Part shown: positions 19,249 to 26,997 of the stretch, in pieces
How positions within the stretch are numbered: position 1 is the stretch's first letter
Layout of the letters: the number at the start of each line of letters is the position of its first letter
Assembly: GCA_032161105.1 (NCBI GenBank)
Contig: JAVHTD010000030.1
Length of the DNA stretch: 27,123 nucleotides
DNA from: Candidatus Thermosaccharophagus tengchongensis
GTDB taxonomy: Bacteria > Armatimonadota > Fervidibacteria > Fervidibacterales > Thermosaccharophagaceae
Direction: 5' to 3' (one strand)
Made by a program: the position numbers and the translations under genes
Notes under the pieces: model-generated
The model's input: only the letters and a program-made list of their open reading frames with translations
Told to the model about the DNA's origin: nothing
The model's database searches: none

Positions 19249-20770
19249 AAACCTTTACCTCCCCGATTGGCATGCCCTTCAAATTTGTCATGTGGACTGC
19301 ACATGCAAGGCAAGGGTCAAATGAGCGGACTATTCTGACAATTTCTTCCGGATTTTCCCAATCCCTCACCTTTGCCCCAATCAAAGCAGCTTCAATTGCG
19401 CCATGTTGTCCATTGTCATCCATCGGCGAGCCATTCCAAGTTGTCGGCGATATGATGCTGTAGTTAGCGATTACGCTGTTTTCAATTCGCACATGATGCA
19501 TGAGACAGCCCCTCGGAGCGTCAACAATTCCAATGCCCTCAGCATCGCTTGGGAGCTCATATGGCACAAAAGTTGGCTCATCTGGGCTCAGCTTTAGCAC
19601 CCACTCGCAAAGCGCCTCAGCTATCACCTTTGCCTCAATTGCTCTGGCTATATGGCGTCCCATGACAGAAAGCATCTCATCAATGCCGATTGAGAGTTCG
19701 CTCATGACGGCTTTCAGTTCTTTCCTGACACTTTCGTTGCCAGAGGCATAGTTCACAAGCAGGCGTGCAAGCGGACCGACTTCGTGAGTTAACCCCTTGT
19801 ATCGTGGCGCTTTGATGAATGAATATGCGCCCTCTTTCTGTGGGTTTGGCGTGCCATCGTCATCATACCATGAGTAGCGGATTGCCTCGCATATTTGGCT
19901 CAGGTCAAGTTCCTCATGTTTTAGCGACTTGTTGGTTGTGCCCTGCACAAGAAGCCTTTTACGCCTCGCGTAATCGGGCTTGCTGCCGTCCAAGTCAAAA
20001 AAGCCAAAAGTTATGAAATTACCGCAACCAGCCCCGATGCCAAAGTAATCGCTATAGGCTTTTGCCACCCTGAGCACATCGGGCAGGTATGCATTCACGA
20101 CAAAGTCGTAAAGTTCCCTTGCACGCCAATAAAAAGACACCATTTTCTCGGTTGTAGGGCGACTCGTGACACCGCCTGGGACTATGCCAGCTTGTATCGG
20201 TGTCCTCCCGCCAAAAAGGGCGAGCATATCGTGTGCTTTGCGGCGCATTTCAAGTGCCTGAATGTAGTGGAGCACTAAAGCCTTGTTGTCGTCGTCATTC
20301 AGCCTGTAATCACCCACATATCTCGGCAAAAATGGCGCCAATTCGCCACGGGATGCAAATTGCCTCAATGCCTCAAAATCATTCTCGGGATAACTCGCTG
20401 CCCTCACGACATCGGCATAGTCAAGGCTGCACAGGTGGTAAAAATGCAGGATGTGGTTGTGGACATATTCCGAGCCGAGGATCAGGTTTCGCAATATGAG
20501 CCCATTTTCCGGTATTTTGTCCGATATTCCGAATGCCGCATCCAAGCATAGCGCTGATGCAGTCCCGTGTGGCACCGGACAAACACCGCAAACCCTTTGT
20601 GTAATCCTTGCAGCGTCCCTTGGGTCTCTACCGCGCAAAATTAGCTCAATGCCGCGATAAAGCACCCCCGAACTTCTCGCATCAACGATAGTGCCACTGT
20701 TATCAAGCGTTGCCTCAATCTTCATATGCCCCTCAATCCTCGTCATCGGGTCAATGACTATCTTGGGCAT
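19241..20770 (-). CDS. [NiFe]-hydrogenase large subunit (group 1a-like)
   Basis: DPMTRIEGH, L1 motif QRVCGVCPVPH, HFYHL, APRG, PTTWN, L2 motif RSFDPCLACAVH plus cleavable C-terminal tail; GGGGG RBS fits ATG 20770 (alternative 20779). Confidence 0.96.
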   Translation of the reverse strand: MPKIVIDPMTRIEGHMKIEATLDNSGTIVDARSSGVLYRGIELILRGRDPRDAARITQRVCGVCPVPHGTASALCLDAAFGISDKIPENGLILRNLILGSEYVHNHILHFYHLCSLDYADVVRAASYPENDFEALRQFASRGELAPFLPRYVGDYRLNDDDNKALVLHYIQALEMRRKAHDMLALFGGRTPIQAGIVPGGVTSRPTTEKMVSFYWRARELYDFVVNAYLPDVLRVAKAYSDYFGIGAGCGNFITFGFFDLDGSKPDYARRKRLLVQGTTNKSLKHEELDLSQICEAIRYSWYDDDGTPNPQKEGAYSFIKAPRYKGLTHEVGPLARLLVNYASGNESVRKELKAVMSELSIGIDEMLSVMGRHIARAIEAKVIAEALCEWVLKLSPDEPTFVPYELPSDAEGIGIVDAPRGCLMHHVRIENSVIANYSIISPTTWNGSPMDDNGQHGAIEAALIGAKVRDWENPEEIVRIVRSFDPCLACAVHMTNLKGMPIGEVKVFA

Positions 20771-20824
20771 TTGCCTCATCCCCCTTCATTGGCAGCATCT
20801 TAATTTTTCCCATGCTACATGCCG

Positions 20825-21727
20825 TCAACTTAAGGTCAGTTTGCCGGTTGCCTCATCCAATTTGAGTTTCGGTAGACGCTCCTCAAAAAATCGCTCATAC
20901 AGTGGCGACATGACATCCGGAAAGCCCGGCTCACAGCACCCAATGCACGGGTGACCGTTGTCTATGCACCAGTTAATCCCGCCATTCCACTTTCGGTATG
21001 GGCAGTCAGAAAATGTGACATAGCCCTTACATCCGACCTCATATAGGCATCCTTCATCGCTGAGCTTGTGCGCCATCCGACCGGTGTCAAAATAGCCCCT
21101 TCTTGGGCAATTATCATGTATTAGCTTGCCATAAAAAAGCTTCAAACGCCCGAGCTCATCAAGTTCTTCAGCCTTTGGCAGCCCATAAAGCATGATGTGC
21201 GCGCATGTCCCAACAAACCAATCCGGGTGCGCCGGGCAGCCGGGAACACGAACAAAGGGCGTATCAATGCCATTTAAGCGCATAAATTCAACGATGCTCA
21301 TTGCGCCAGTTGGATTTGGTCTTCCTGATGGTATGCCGCCGAAGGATGCACAAGTGCCAAGCGCAACTACCGCCATAGCATTGCCTGCGAGTTCTTTCGC
21401 CAATTCCGTCAGTGGCGTCGGTTTCCCATCCCTTTCACCGATTGTGCAGAATAGCCCATTATTTGCCGTCGGTATCGCACCCTCCATAACGAGCAAATAG
21501 CCGTTTGGAAAACTCCCCTTCGTCTCCCTAATGATTTCCATGGCAATCTCGCCAGAACCAGCCATAATTGTCATGTGGAAGCGCAGATTGATGTGCTTTC
21601 CCGGAAGAAGTTCCTCAAGGAGCAAGTTGGCAATTGATGGTCGGACGGAGTTGAGCACGGATATGCTGCACCCCGTGCAAGTTGCCCCTTGCAGCCAAAT
21701 GACGGGGATTTCAACGACCTTTTCCAT
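20825..21727 (-). CDS. [NiFe]-hydrogenase small subunit without Tat signal or membrane anchor
   Basis: WLQGATCTGCS, GTCASFGG, PGCPAHP, HDNCPRR, CLYEVGC, DC...WCIDNGHPCIGC; GGAGG RBS; start 21727, 21733 or 21739. Confidence 0.95.
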   Translation of the reverse strand: MEKVVEIPVIWLQGATCTGCSISVLNSVRPSIANLLLEELLPGKHINLRFHMTIMAGSGEIAMEIIRETKGSFPNGYLLVMEGAIPTANNGLFCTIGERDGKPTPLTELAKELAGNAMAVVALGTCASFGGIPSGRPNPTGAMSIVEFMRLNGIDTPFVRVPGCPAHPDWFVGTCAHIMLYGLPKAEELDELGRLKLFYGKLIHDNCPRRGYFDTGRMAHKLSDEGCLYEVGCKGYVTFSDCPYRKWNGGINWCIDNGHPCIGCCEPGFPDVMSPLYERFFEERLPKLKLDEATGKLTLS

Positions 21728-21783
21728 AGTCAACGCCACCTCCGCTGGTTGGGTGGATACGGCATCTCAAGCTCAGGGTGCAC

Positions 21784-22497
21784 TTATTGCCCCCGATGCT
21801 TTCGCTCCCTCTCCAAGTCGTCAATGAATTGCGAGACCTTGCTTTGCCATCTTTCAAATTCGCCCTCAACATCCAACGGCAAAGCGCGCCTGTAAAAGAT
21901 GGCGATGTGCAACTCCGTGATGATCTCACGAAACCTTTGTTCAATTTGCGGCGGCAGTCTGCCAAGCAATTGCCCCCACCTTGTTTCCTCCGTCGCCAAG
22001 TATGCCATAACCGCCAAGCGTGCCGCATCAAAAAGGGTGTTGAATGCGTTGCGATAATGCGTCTCGCGCTCTACCAAGTCAGTTGCTCTAATGGCATTGC
22101 CAAGGTAAGCGCGGGCGACTTCTGAGACTCTTTTTGCCTCATCAAATGTTGGCGGCGGCATGTCCTTTATTGCCTCCCAAACCAAATCGGCATCGCCAAA
22201 GAGCACCCTGCCAAAGGACTTGACTGCCACACCAATGTAACCAACTGGCTCACCAACTTGAACTGGAACAATGTCCACACTCAACGGGCAATTGGCTGCC
22301 GCATCGCAGTAGACTTTCATGTCTTTCTTTCGCCTCGTCAGGATGAGGAGGTCAATGTCGTTTGCAAGGTCTGGTGCGTAAACTGAGGAGCCAAACTGAA
22401 CGATTGCGACGATGTCGGGGTCAGCTTTAAGCAAAGCCTCGGTCAAGAATGATAGCCATTCTGAGTTGGCAGACAACCCTTCGCCCTTTATCGGCAT
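21784..22497 (-). CDS. Fused minimal nucleotidyltransferase (MNT) + HEPN-like domain protein
   Basis: Pol-beta motif QFGSSVY...DIDLL and third Asp in VDIV; C-terminal helical domain RNAFNTLFDAARLAVMAYL...FREIITELH; start uncertain (ORF open from 22551). Confidence 0.75.
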   Translation of the reverse strand: MPIKGEGLSANSEWLSFLTEALLKADPDIVAIVQFGSSVYAPDLANDIDLLILTRRKKDMKVYCDAAANCPLSVDIVPVQVGEPVGYIGVAVKSFGRVLFGDADLVWEAIKDMPPPTFDEAKRVSEVARAYLGNAIRATDLVERETHYRNAFNTLFDAARLAVMAYLATEETRWGQLLGRLPPQIEQRFREIITELHIAIFYRRALPLDVEGEFERWQSKVSQFIDDLERERKHRGQ

Positions 22498-22771
22498 CAC
22501 AGTGGCTTCACCGCTTTTGCCTGCACGGCGTCGCTCAACACCCAGCCTCATTCACAGGCCATAGGCTGATAACGCTGGCGCATCAACACAGCCGTGCAAG
22601 CTAATTTTCGCCCATGCCTGATAAGATACGGCTACAGTTTCGCACGCAGGGCGATAGCAATCATCCAAATTCATATGATGTAGGCATTGCGCGAAAAAGT
22701 ATGCTCCATCTTCCACTGCCGATTTTATCGGCATTGCGGCTCGCTGTGGAATCTCGCACCTATCGCTACCC

Positions 22772-24481
22772 TCAGAATATACCTACCACCTTCCCCTCCT
22801 CATCAATGTCCACATCCATGAACGCCGGTCGTGATGGCAATCCGGGCATAGTTTGCATTTCACCCGCAATCGGGTAAAGGAAGCCAGCACCAACTGATGC
22901 CCTTATATCACGAATCGGGAAGATATAGCCGCTGGGGACATTCTTCCAATTCGGGTCATGCGAGATTGAAAGGTGTGTCTTTGCCATGTTGATTGGGAAA
23001 CGGTCCCAACCAAACTTAGTATATAGCTCAATCTTGCGCATTGCCAGTGACGAGAACTCAACATCCTCGGCGTTGTAAATTTCGCGAGCCAAGATGCGTA
23101 TCTTTTCCTCAATTGACAGATCGTCCGGGTATAGCAGGCGCATTTGTGCCGGCTTCTCATCAAGCACCCTGACGACCTCCTTTGCCAGGTCAATTGCGCC
23201 CTCACCACCCTTTGCCCAACACTCGGAAACTGCAAAGCCATCTGCACCAGCCTCAAGCGCCTTTCTGCGCACGACTTCAATTTCGCTCTCATGGTCGCTT
23301 GTGAACCTGTTGAGCGCAACAACTGCAGGTATGCCGAGCTTCTTTGCTATGCCAATGTGCCATGCCAGATTCTCGCAACCCCTTTCAACCGCCTCCGGAT
23401 TTTCTCGCTCAGCAAGCTCTTTGATTGATTCGTATGATTGCCCCGGACGAAACTCAAATGCGCCACCGTGCAGCTTGAGTGCCCTTATTGATGCGACGAT
23501 GACAGCGAGGTCAACCTTCAATCCGCTTAAACGGCACTTGACATCAACGAGCTTCTCAAAGCCGCAGTCAGCGCCGAATCCGCTCTCTGTAACAACATAG
23601 TCGGCAAGCTTGAGTGCAACCATGTCGGCAAGGACTGAATTATTTCCATGGGCAACATTCGCGAATGGGAAGCCGTGAATGATTACCGGATGATGCTCAA
23701 GTGACTGGCAAAGGTTTGGCTTGATTGAGTCCTTCATCAAAGCCGTCATTGCGCCGGCTACTTTCAAGTCCTCTGCGGTTACTGGCTTGCCGTCGTATGT
23801 GAAGCCGATGACTATCCTGCCAAGACGCTGTCGCAAGTCTTTGAGGCTTGTTGTGAGTGAGTGTATTGCTGCAGTCTCAGTTGCAACCGTTATGTCGTAG
23901 CCTGTCTGCCTTGGATAGCCATTCGCTCTACCACCCAAGCCAATTACAACTTGCCTTAACGCTCTATCGTTCAAGTCAACGCACCTTGTCCATGTGACCT
24001 CAAGCGGGTCAATGCCGAGCTTGTTGCCATGAAGTATGTGCGCATCAATCGCTGCAGCAAGCAAGTTGTGAGCTGCTTCAACCGCTGGTATGTCACCAGT
24101 GAACATCAGGTTGATTTCAACCATTGGGAGAACTTGTGCATAGCCGCTGCCAGTTGCGCCACCCTTAATTCCGAATGTCGGTCCCTTTGATGGCTCTCGC
24201 ATCGTGTTGCACACCTTTTTGCCAAGGCGATGAAGCGCCATGCCCAAACCAAGAGCTGTGACGGTTTTACCTTCACCGAGCGGTGTTGGAGTTATCGCCG
24301 TTACGGAGATCAACTTCCCATTCGGTCTGTCGGCGAGCCGCTCAAGCACCGACAAGTTAATCTTTGCAATATACTTGCCGTGAAGCTCTATCTCGTCCTC
24401 TTCCAGACCGAGTTGGTGAGCTATCTCAACAATCGGCTTCATCTCGGCGCGGTAGGCGATCTCAATGTCACTGAGCATCAT
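22772..24481 (-). CDS. fhs: Formate--tetrahydrofolate ligase
   Basis: SDIEIA, TAITPTPLGEGKT, REPSKGPTFGIKGGA, FANVAHG, TESGFGADCGFEK, MAKTHLS, MPGLP; GGAGGTGA RBS before ATG 24481/24478. Confidence 0.97.
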   Translation of the reverse strand: MMLSDIEIAYRAEMKPIVEIAHQLGLEEDEIELHGKYIAKINLSVLERLADRPNGKLISVTAITPTPLGEGKTVTALGLGMALHRLGKKVCNTMREPSKGPTFGIKGGATGSGYAQVLPMVEINLMFTGDIPAVEAAHNLLAAAIDAHILHGNKLGIDPLEVTWTRCVDLNDRALRQVVIGLGGRANGYPRQTGYDITVATETAAIHSLTTSLKDLRQRLGRIVIGFTYDGKPVTAEDLKVAGAMTALMKDSIKPNLCQSLEHHPVIIHGFPFANVAHGNNSVLADMVALKLADYVVTESGFGADCGFEKLVDVKCRLSGLKVDLAVIVASIRALKLHGGAFEFRPGQSYESIKELAERENPEAVERGCENLAWHIGIAKKLGIPAVVALNRFTSDHESEIEVVRRKALEAGADGFAVSECWAKGGEGAIDLAKEVVRVLDEKPAQMRLLYPDDLSIEEKIRILAREIYNAEDVEFSSLAMRKIELYTKFGWDRFPINMAKTHLSISHDPNWKNVPSGYIFPIRDIRASVGAGFLYPIAGEMQTMPGLPSRPAFMDVDIDEEGKVVGIF

Positions 24482-24680
24482 CCAACCTTCACCTCCACGA
24501 GCTGGTTTGGTGGTTTGAAGCATCGTCATGTTGTGGAGCAATCTGCTGCCAAATGCATCACGATGTAGCAACGCTTTTGCCAGCTTCAAACACTTGCAGC
24601 GCTTGCACATTCGGCATCTCTTGTGGGGATGGGCGGGAGTCCACACAAGATTGATCTGCTGACCGAAAAACGCGGAGGCT

Positions 24681-24742
24681 ATGTGGTATACAACATGTTG
24701 AGTTTAAAGCCGCCATCACCAACTACATGTTGTATCCAACTC
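24681..24742. promoter_or_regulatory. Paired palindromic operator sites in divergent promoter region (NrdR-box-like or GntR-family-like)
   Basis: CAACATGTTG (24691-24700) and CTACATGTTG (24723-24732) lie 32 bp apart; overlapping ATGTGGTATACAACAT (24681-24696) and ATGTTGTATCCAAC (24727-24740). Confidence 0.55.
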
Positions 24743-25093
24743 ATGCACCGGCAGCTAAGCTGGTGGCTTCCAGAGATAGGCATTTGGGTTGGGGTTACGA
24801 TTTTGCGAGGCATTCACACGGCTAAGCTGATTGCGTTACGAGAGTGCCTCATCAAATTAAGCCGTTTCATTTACCCCGAGCGCATGAAGCGCTATATTGT
24901 CATTAGCCTGTAAAAGCCTCAGCAGCGGATGAGCGTCAACCGTGGGCAGCCTTGCTGAAGCAGTGTTGACATTCTGCCGATGAAAAGCAGTGCGCAAAAA
25001 TAAGCCGTGCAAAGATAGAGGCTGACTTGGACGGAAGGGGCAGGGTGGTAAAGCCGTCTCATTTAATCGCGCATGGCATGGAGGTGGGTGCAC

Positions 25094-25975
25094 ATGGTCA
25101 AACTCTCCTTCATTAGCGATGAAGCCTCTCAGGACTTCGCCACAGCCATTCAGATTGCGAAGGAGTTCAACCTGCACGGTCTTGAAGTGCGCTCAGTTTG
25201 GGAGAAGGCGCCTCATGAGCTTACGGATGACGAAGTCAGGCGCATTGCCACAATGCTGAATGAGGCATCACTCAAATGCCCGTGCATTGCATCTCCATTC
25301 TTCAAATGCGATTTCGGTGACGAGGAGCAATACAAGCAACACATGCAGATACTCAGGCGATGCATTGATATTGCGCACCAACTCGGAACCGAGCTAATTA
25401 GGGTGTTCACATTTTGGCGCAAGGAAGGATGGCAACCATCTTGGGAGGCAATAGCTGACATGTTCATAGAACCGATAAAGTTGGCAGAGGATGAGGGAGT
25501 CATCTTGGGCATTGAAAATGAGCCATCAACAAATGCCACCAACGCGTCCAAGGTCGCCGAGTTGCTATCCATCATAAACCATCCACGAGTGAAGGCAGTT
25601 TGGGATCCCGGGAACGATGTCTTTGACCCAGATAGGGAAGTGCCATACCCAGATGGATACGAACGCATCAAGGACTTCATAATCCACATTCATTTGAAGG
25701 ACGGAGTTTGGGTTGCCGATGAGGGTAGGTTTGAGGCGGTCAAGCTCGGTGAGGGCGAAGTTGATTATGTCGGTCAGTTCAAAGCGCTTAAAAGGGACGG
25801 CTACAATGGTTGGCTATCGCTTGAAACGCATTATCGCCCGAAGGTTGCGCTCCCAGAGGATATCGTCCAAATGCCCAAGGGTAGCCAATTCTCATTCATG
25901 GGCGATGTGGCTACAAGGGAATGCCTGCAGAACTTGCTCAAGCTGCTCCATGAGGCAGGTGTTGAAGTCAAATGA
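25094..25975 (+). CDS. Sugar phosphate isomerase/epimerase (xylose isomerase-like TIM barrel, AP_endonuc_2)
   Basis: ISDE, IRVFTFW, GIENE, WDPGN, HIHLKD, GEGEVD, SLETH metal ligands; GGAGG RBS before ATG 25094. Confidence 0.92.
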   Translation: MVKLSFISDEASQDFATAIQIAKEFNLHGLEVRSVWEKAPHELTDDEVRRIATMLNEASLKCPCIASPFFKCDFGDEEQYKQHMQILRRCIDIAHQLGTELIRVFTFWRKEGWQPSWEAIADMFIEPIKLAEDEGVILGIENEPSTNATNASKVAELLSIINHPRVKAVWDPGNDVFDPDREVPYPDGYERIKDFIIHIHLKDGVWVADEGRFEAVKLGEGEVDYVGQFKALKRDGYNGWLSLETHYRPKVALPEDIVQMPKGSQFSFMGDVATRECLQNLLKLLHEAGVEVK

Positions 25976-26769
25976 GCCAAGGACAGGCAATACCGATAAT
26001 TGATTGCAACACTGTCGTCGGGTTCTGGACAAGGAGGCAAGTTGATACATCGGTGGATGCCCTTCTCAAGGTGATGGAACGATACGGAGTTGCAAGGGCA
26101 CTCTGCGTTTCAACGACCGCCATCTTTTACGACTACAGGCAGGGCAACGAAGAGACACTGTCAATTGCGCGCCAAACAAACTTCCGCCTTTTTCCAGTGG
26201 CGACTGTTGACCCAAGGGAATATGTTGGCTGCTTCAACGAGATTGAGTTAAGGGCAAGACAGGGCTGGAGGCTATTTCGCTTCTTCCCGGACTTGCAAGG
26301 GTGGTCAGTTAAGTATGCACCGTTTAGGGACATTGTCCAGTTGCTGGGTGACTTGAAATTGCCGTTCATGATATCAGCACACGCGCCCGGGATCGCAACT
26401 GAGGTGGCTGAACTTGTGAGCGAGGTTCAAGCACCGGTGATACTCACGGCGGTCAATTACAACAACTTGAGCGAACTCATCTCGGTGATGAAGCATGTCA
26501 AGCATATCTACATTGAGACGCACAAACTCTTCTCAGTTGGCGCATACGAGATCCTGAAGGAACATGTGGGTGTTGAGCGCATAGTCTTCGGTTCATTTGC
26601 GCCAGTGCAGTATTTCGCCAGCTCATACTTGCCGCTCATCCATTCCTCACTCACCGATGATGAGAAGCGCAAAATACTGTGCGAGAATATCAGGTTGATG
26701 TTGGGCGCAAAAACGGAGAGGGTAGAGCAAACTCAGTTGCAATCGCACCATAGTGGGATTGAAAGCTGA
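25972..26769 (+). CDS. Amidohydrolase_2-fold protein lacking canonical metal ligands; 3' end overlaps CRISPR repeat 1
   Basis: IIDCNTVVG, GVERIVFGSFAP, KRKILCENIR; ATGA overlap with upstream gene; stop TGA at 26767-26769 lies in spacer 1. Confidence 0.8.
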   Translation: MSQGQAIPIIDCNTVVGFWTRRQVDTSVDALLKVMERYGVARALCVSTTAIFYDYRQGNEETLSIARQTNFRLFPVATVDPREYVGCFNEIELRARQGWRLFRFFPDLQGWSVKYAPFRDIVQLLGDLKLPFMISAHAPGIATEVAELVSEVQAPVILTAVNYNNLSELISVMKHVKHIYIETHKLFSVGAYEILKEHVGVERIVFGSFAPVQYFASSYLPLIHSSLTDDEKRKILCENIRLMLGAKTERVEQTQLQSHHSGIES

Positions 26770-26833
26770 AGCCAATATCAACGCCGTCCGCCCAATCTGG
26801 TTGCAATCGCACCATAGTGGGATTGAAAGGCGA

Positions 26834-26862
26834 TTAGCGCTAACTGAGTTGCTCGCTATAAT
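26834..26862 (+). promoter_or_regulatory. Putative sigma70-type promoter inside the CRISPR locus
   Basis: TTAGCG (26834-26839), 17 bp, then perfect TATAAT (26857-26862); predicted start just before the pseudo-repeat at 26874. Confidence 0.5.
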
Positions 26863-26873
26863 GCAGATTGAAG

Positions 26874-26997
26874 GTTGCAGTCGACCCATGCGGTTTTAGC
26901 ACCTTGAAAACGGTATAGGGAGGGGGTGGCTCAGTTTTCCGAATTTATCCCCATTATTTTCATCGCAGGTTGCAGTCGACCCCCTTAGCCTTTTTAG
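26874..26997 (+). repeat. Two degenerate CRISPR-repeat-like units (pseudo-repeats or leader motifs)
   Basis: GTTGCAGTCGACCCAT...TTGAAAA (26874-26910) and GTTGCAGTCGACCCCC... (26969-26997); both carry AGGTTGCAGTCGACCC; the first matches 13/16 of the repeat 5' half. Confidence 0.75.

Noticed and set aside
19290..19325. Selenocysteine ([NiFeSe]) hydrogenase
   Set aside because: The L2 motif encodes DPCLAC with ordinary Cys codons and no in-frame TGA
22487..22734. 11-bp direct repeat TTTATCGGCAT and hairpin TGCCGAT-TTT-ATCGGCA as insertion scars of the MNT-HEPN gene
   Set aside because: Both copies lie on the same side of the gene, so they are not a target-site duplication; likely chance or a small operator
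24482..24646. 55-aa N-terminal extension of Fhs in the ORF track
   Set aside because: A strong GGAGGTGA RBS and the family start (M.SDIEIA) place initiation at 24481/24478
24482..24680. ZTP (pfl) or THF riboswitch upstream of fhs
   Set aside because: Plausible by context, but the consensus elements are not visible on the - strand
26926..26988. 20-codon small ORF (GTG...MAQFSEFIPIIFIAGCSRPP) in the CRISPR insert, as a CreT-like or peptide toxin
   Set aside because: The GGAGG lies only 2 nt from the GTG, and ORFs this short arise by chance; no independent support
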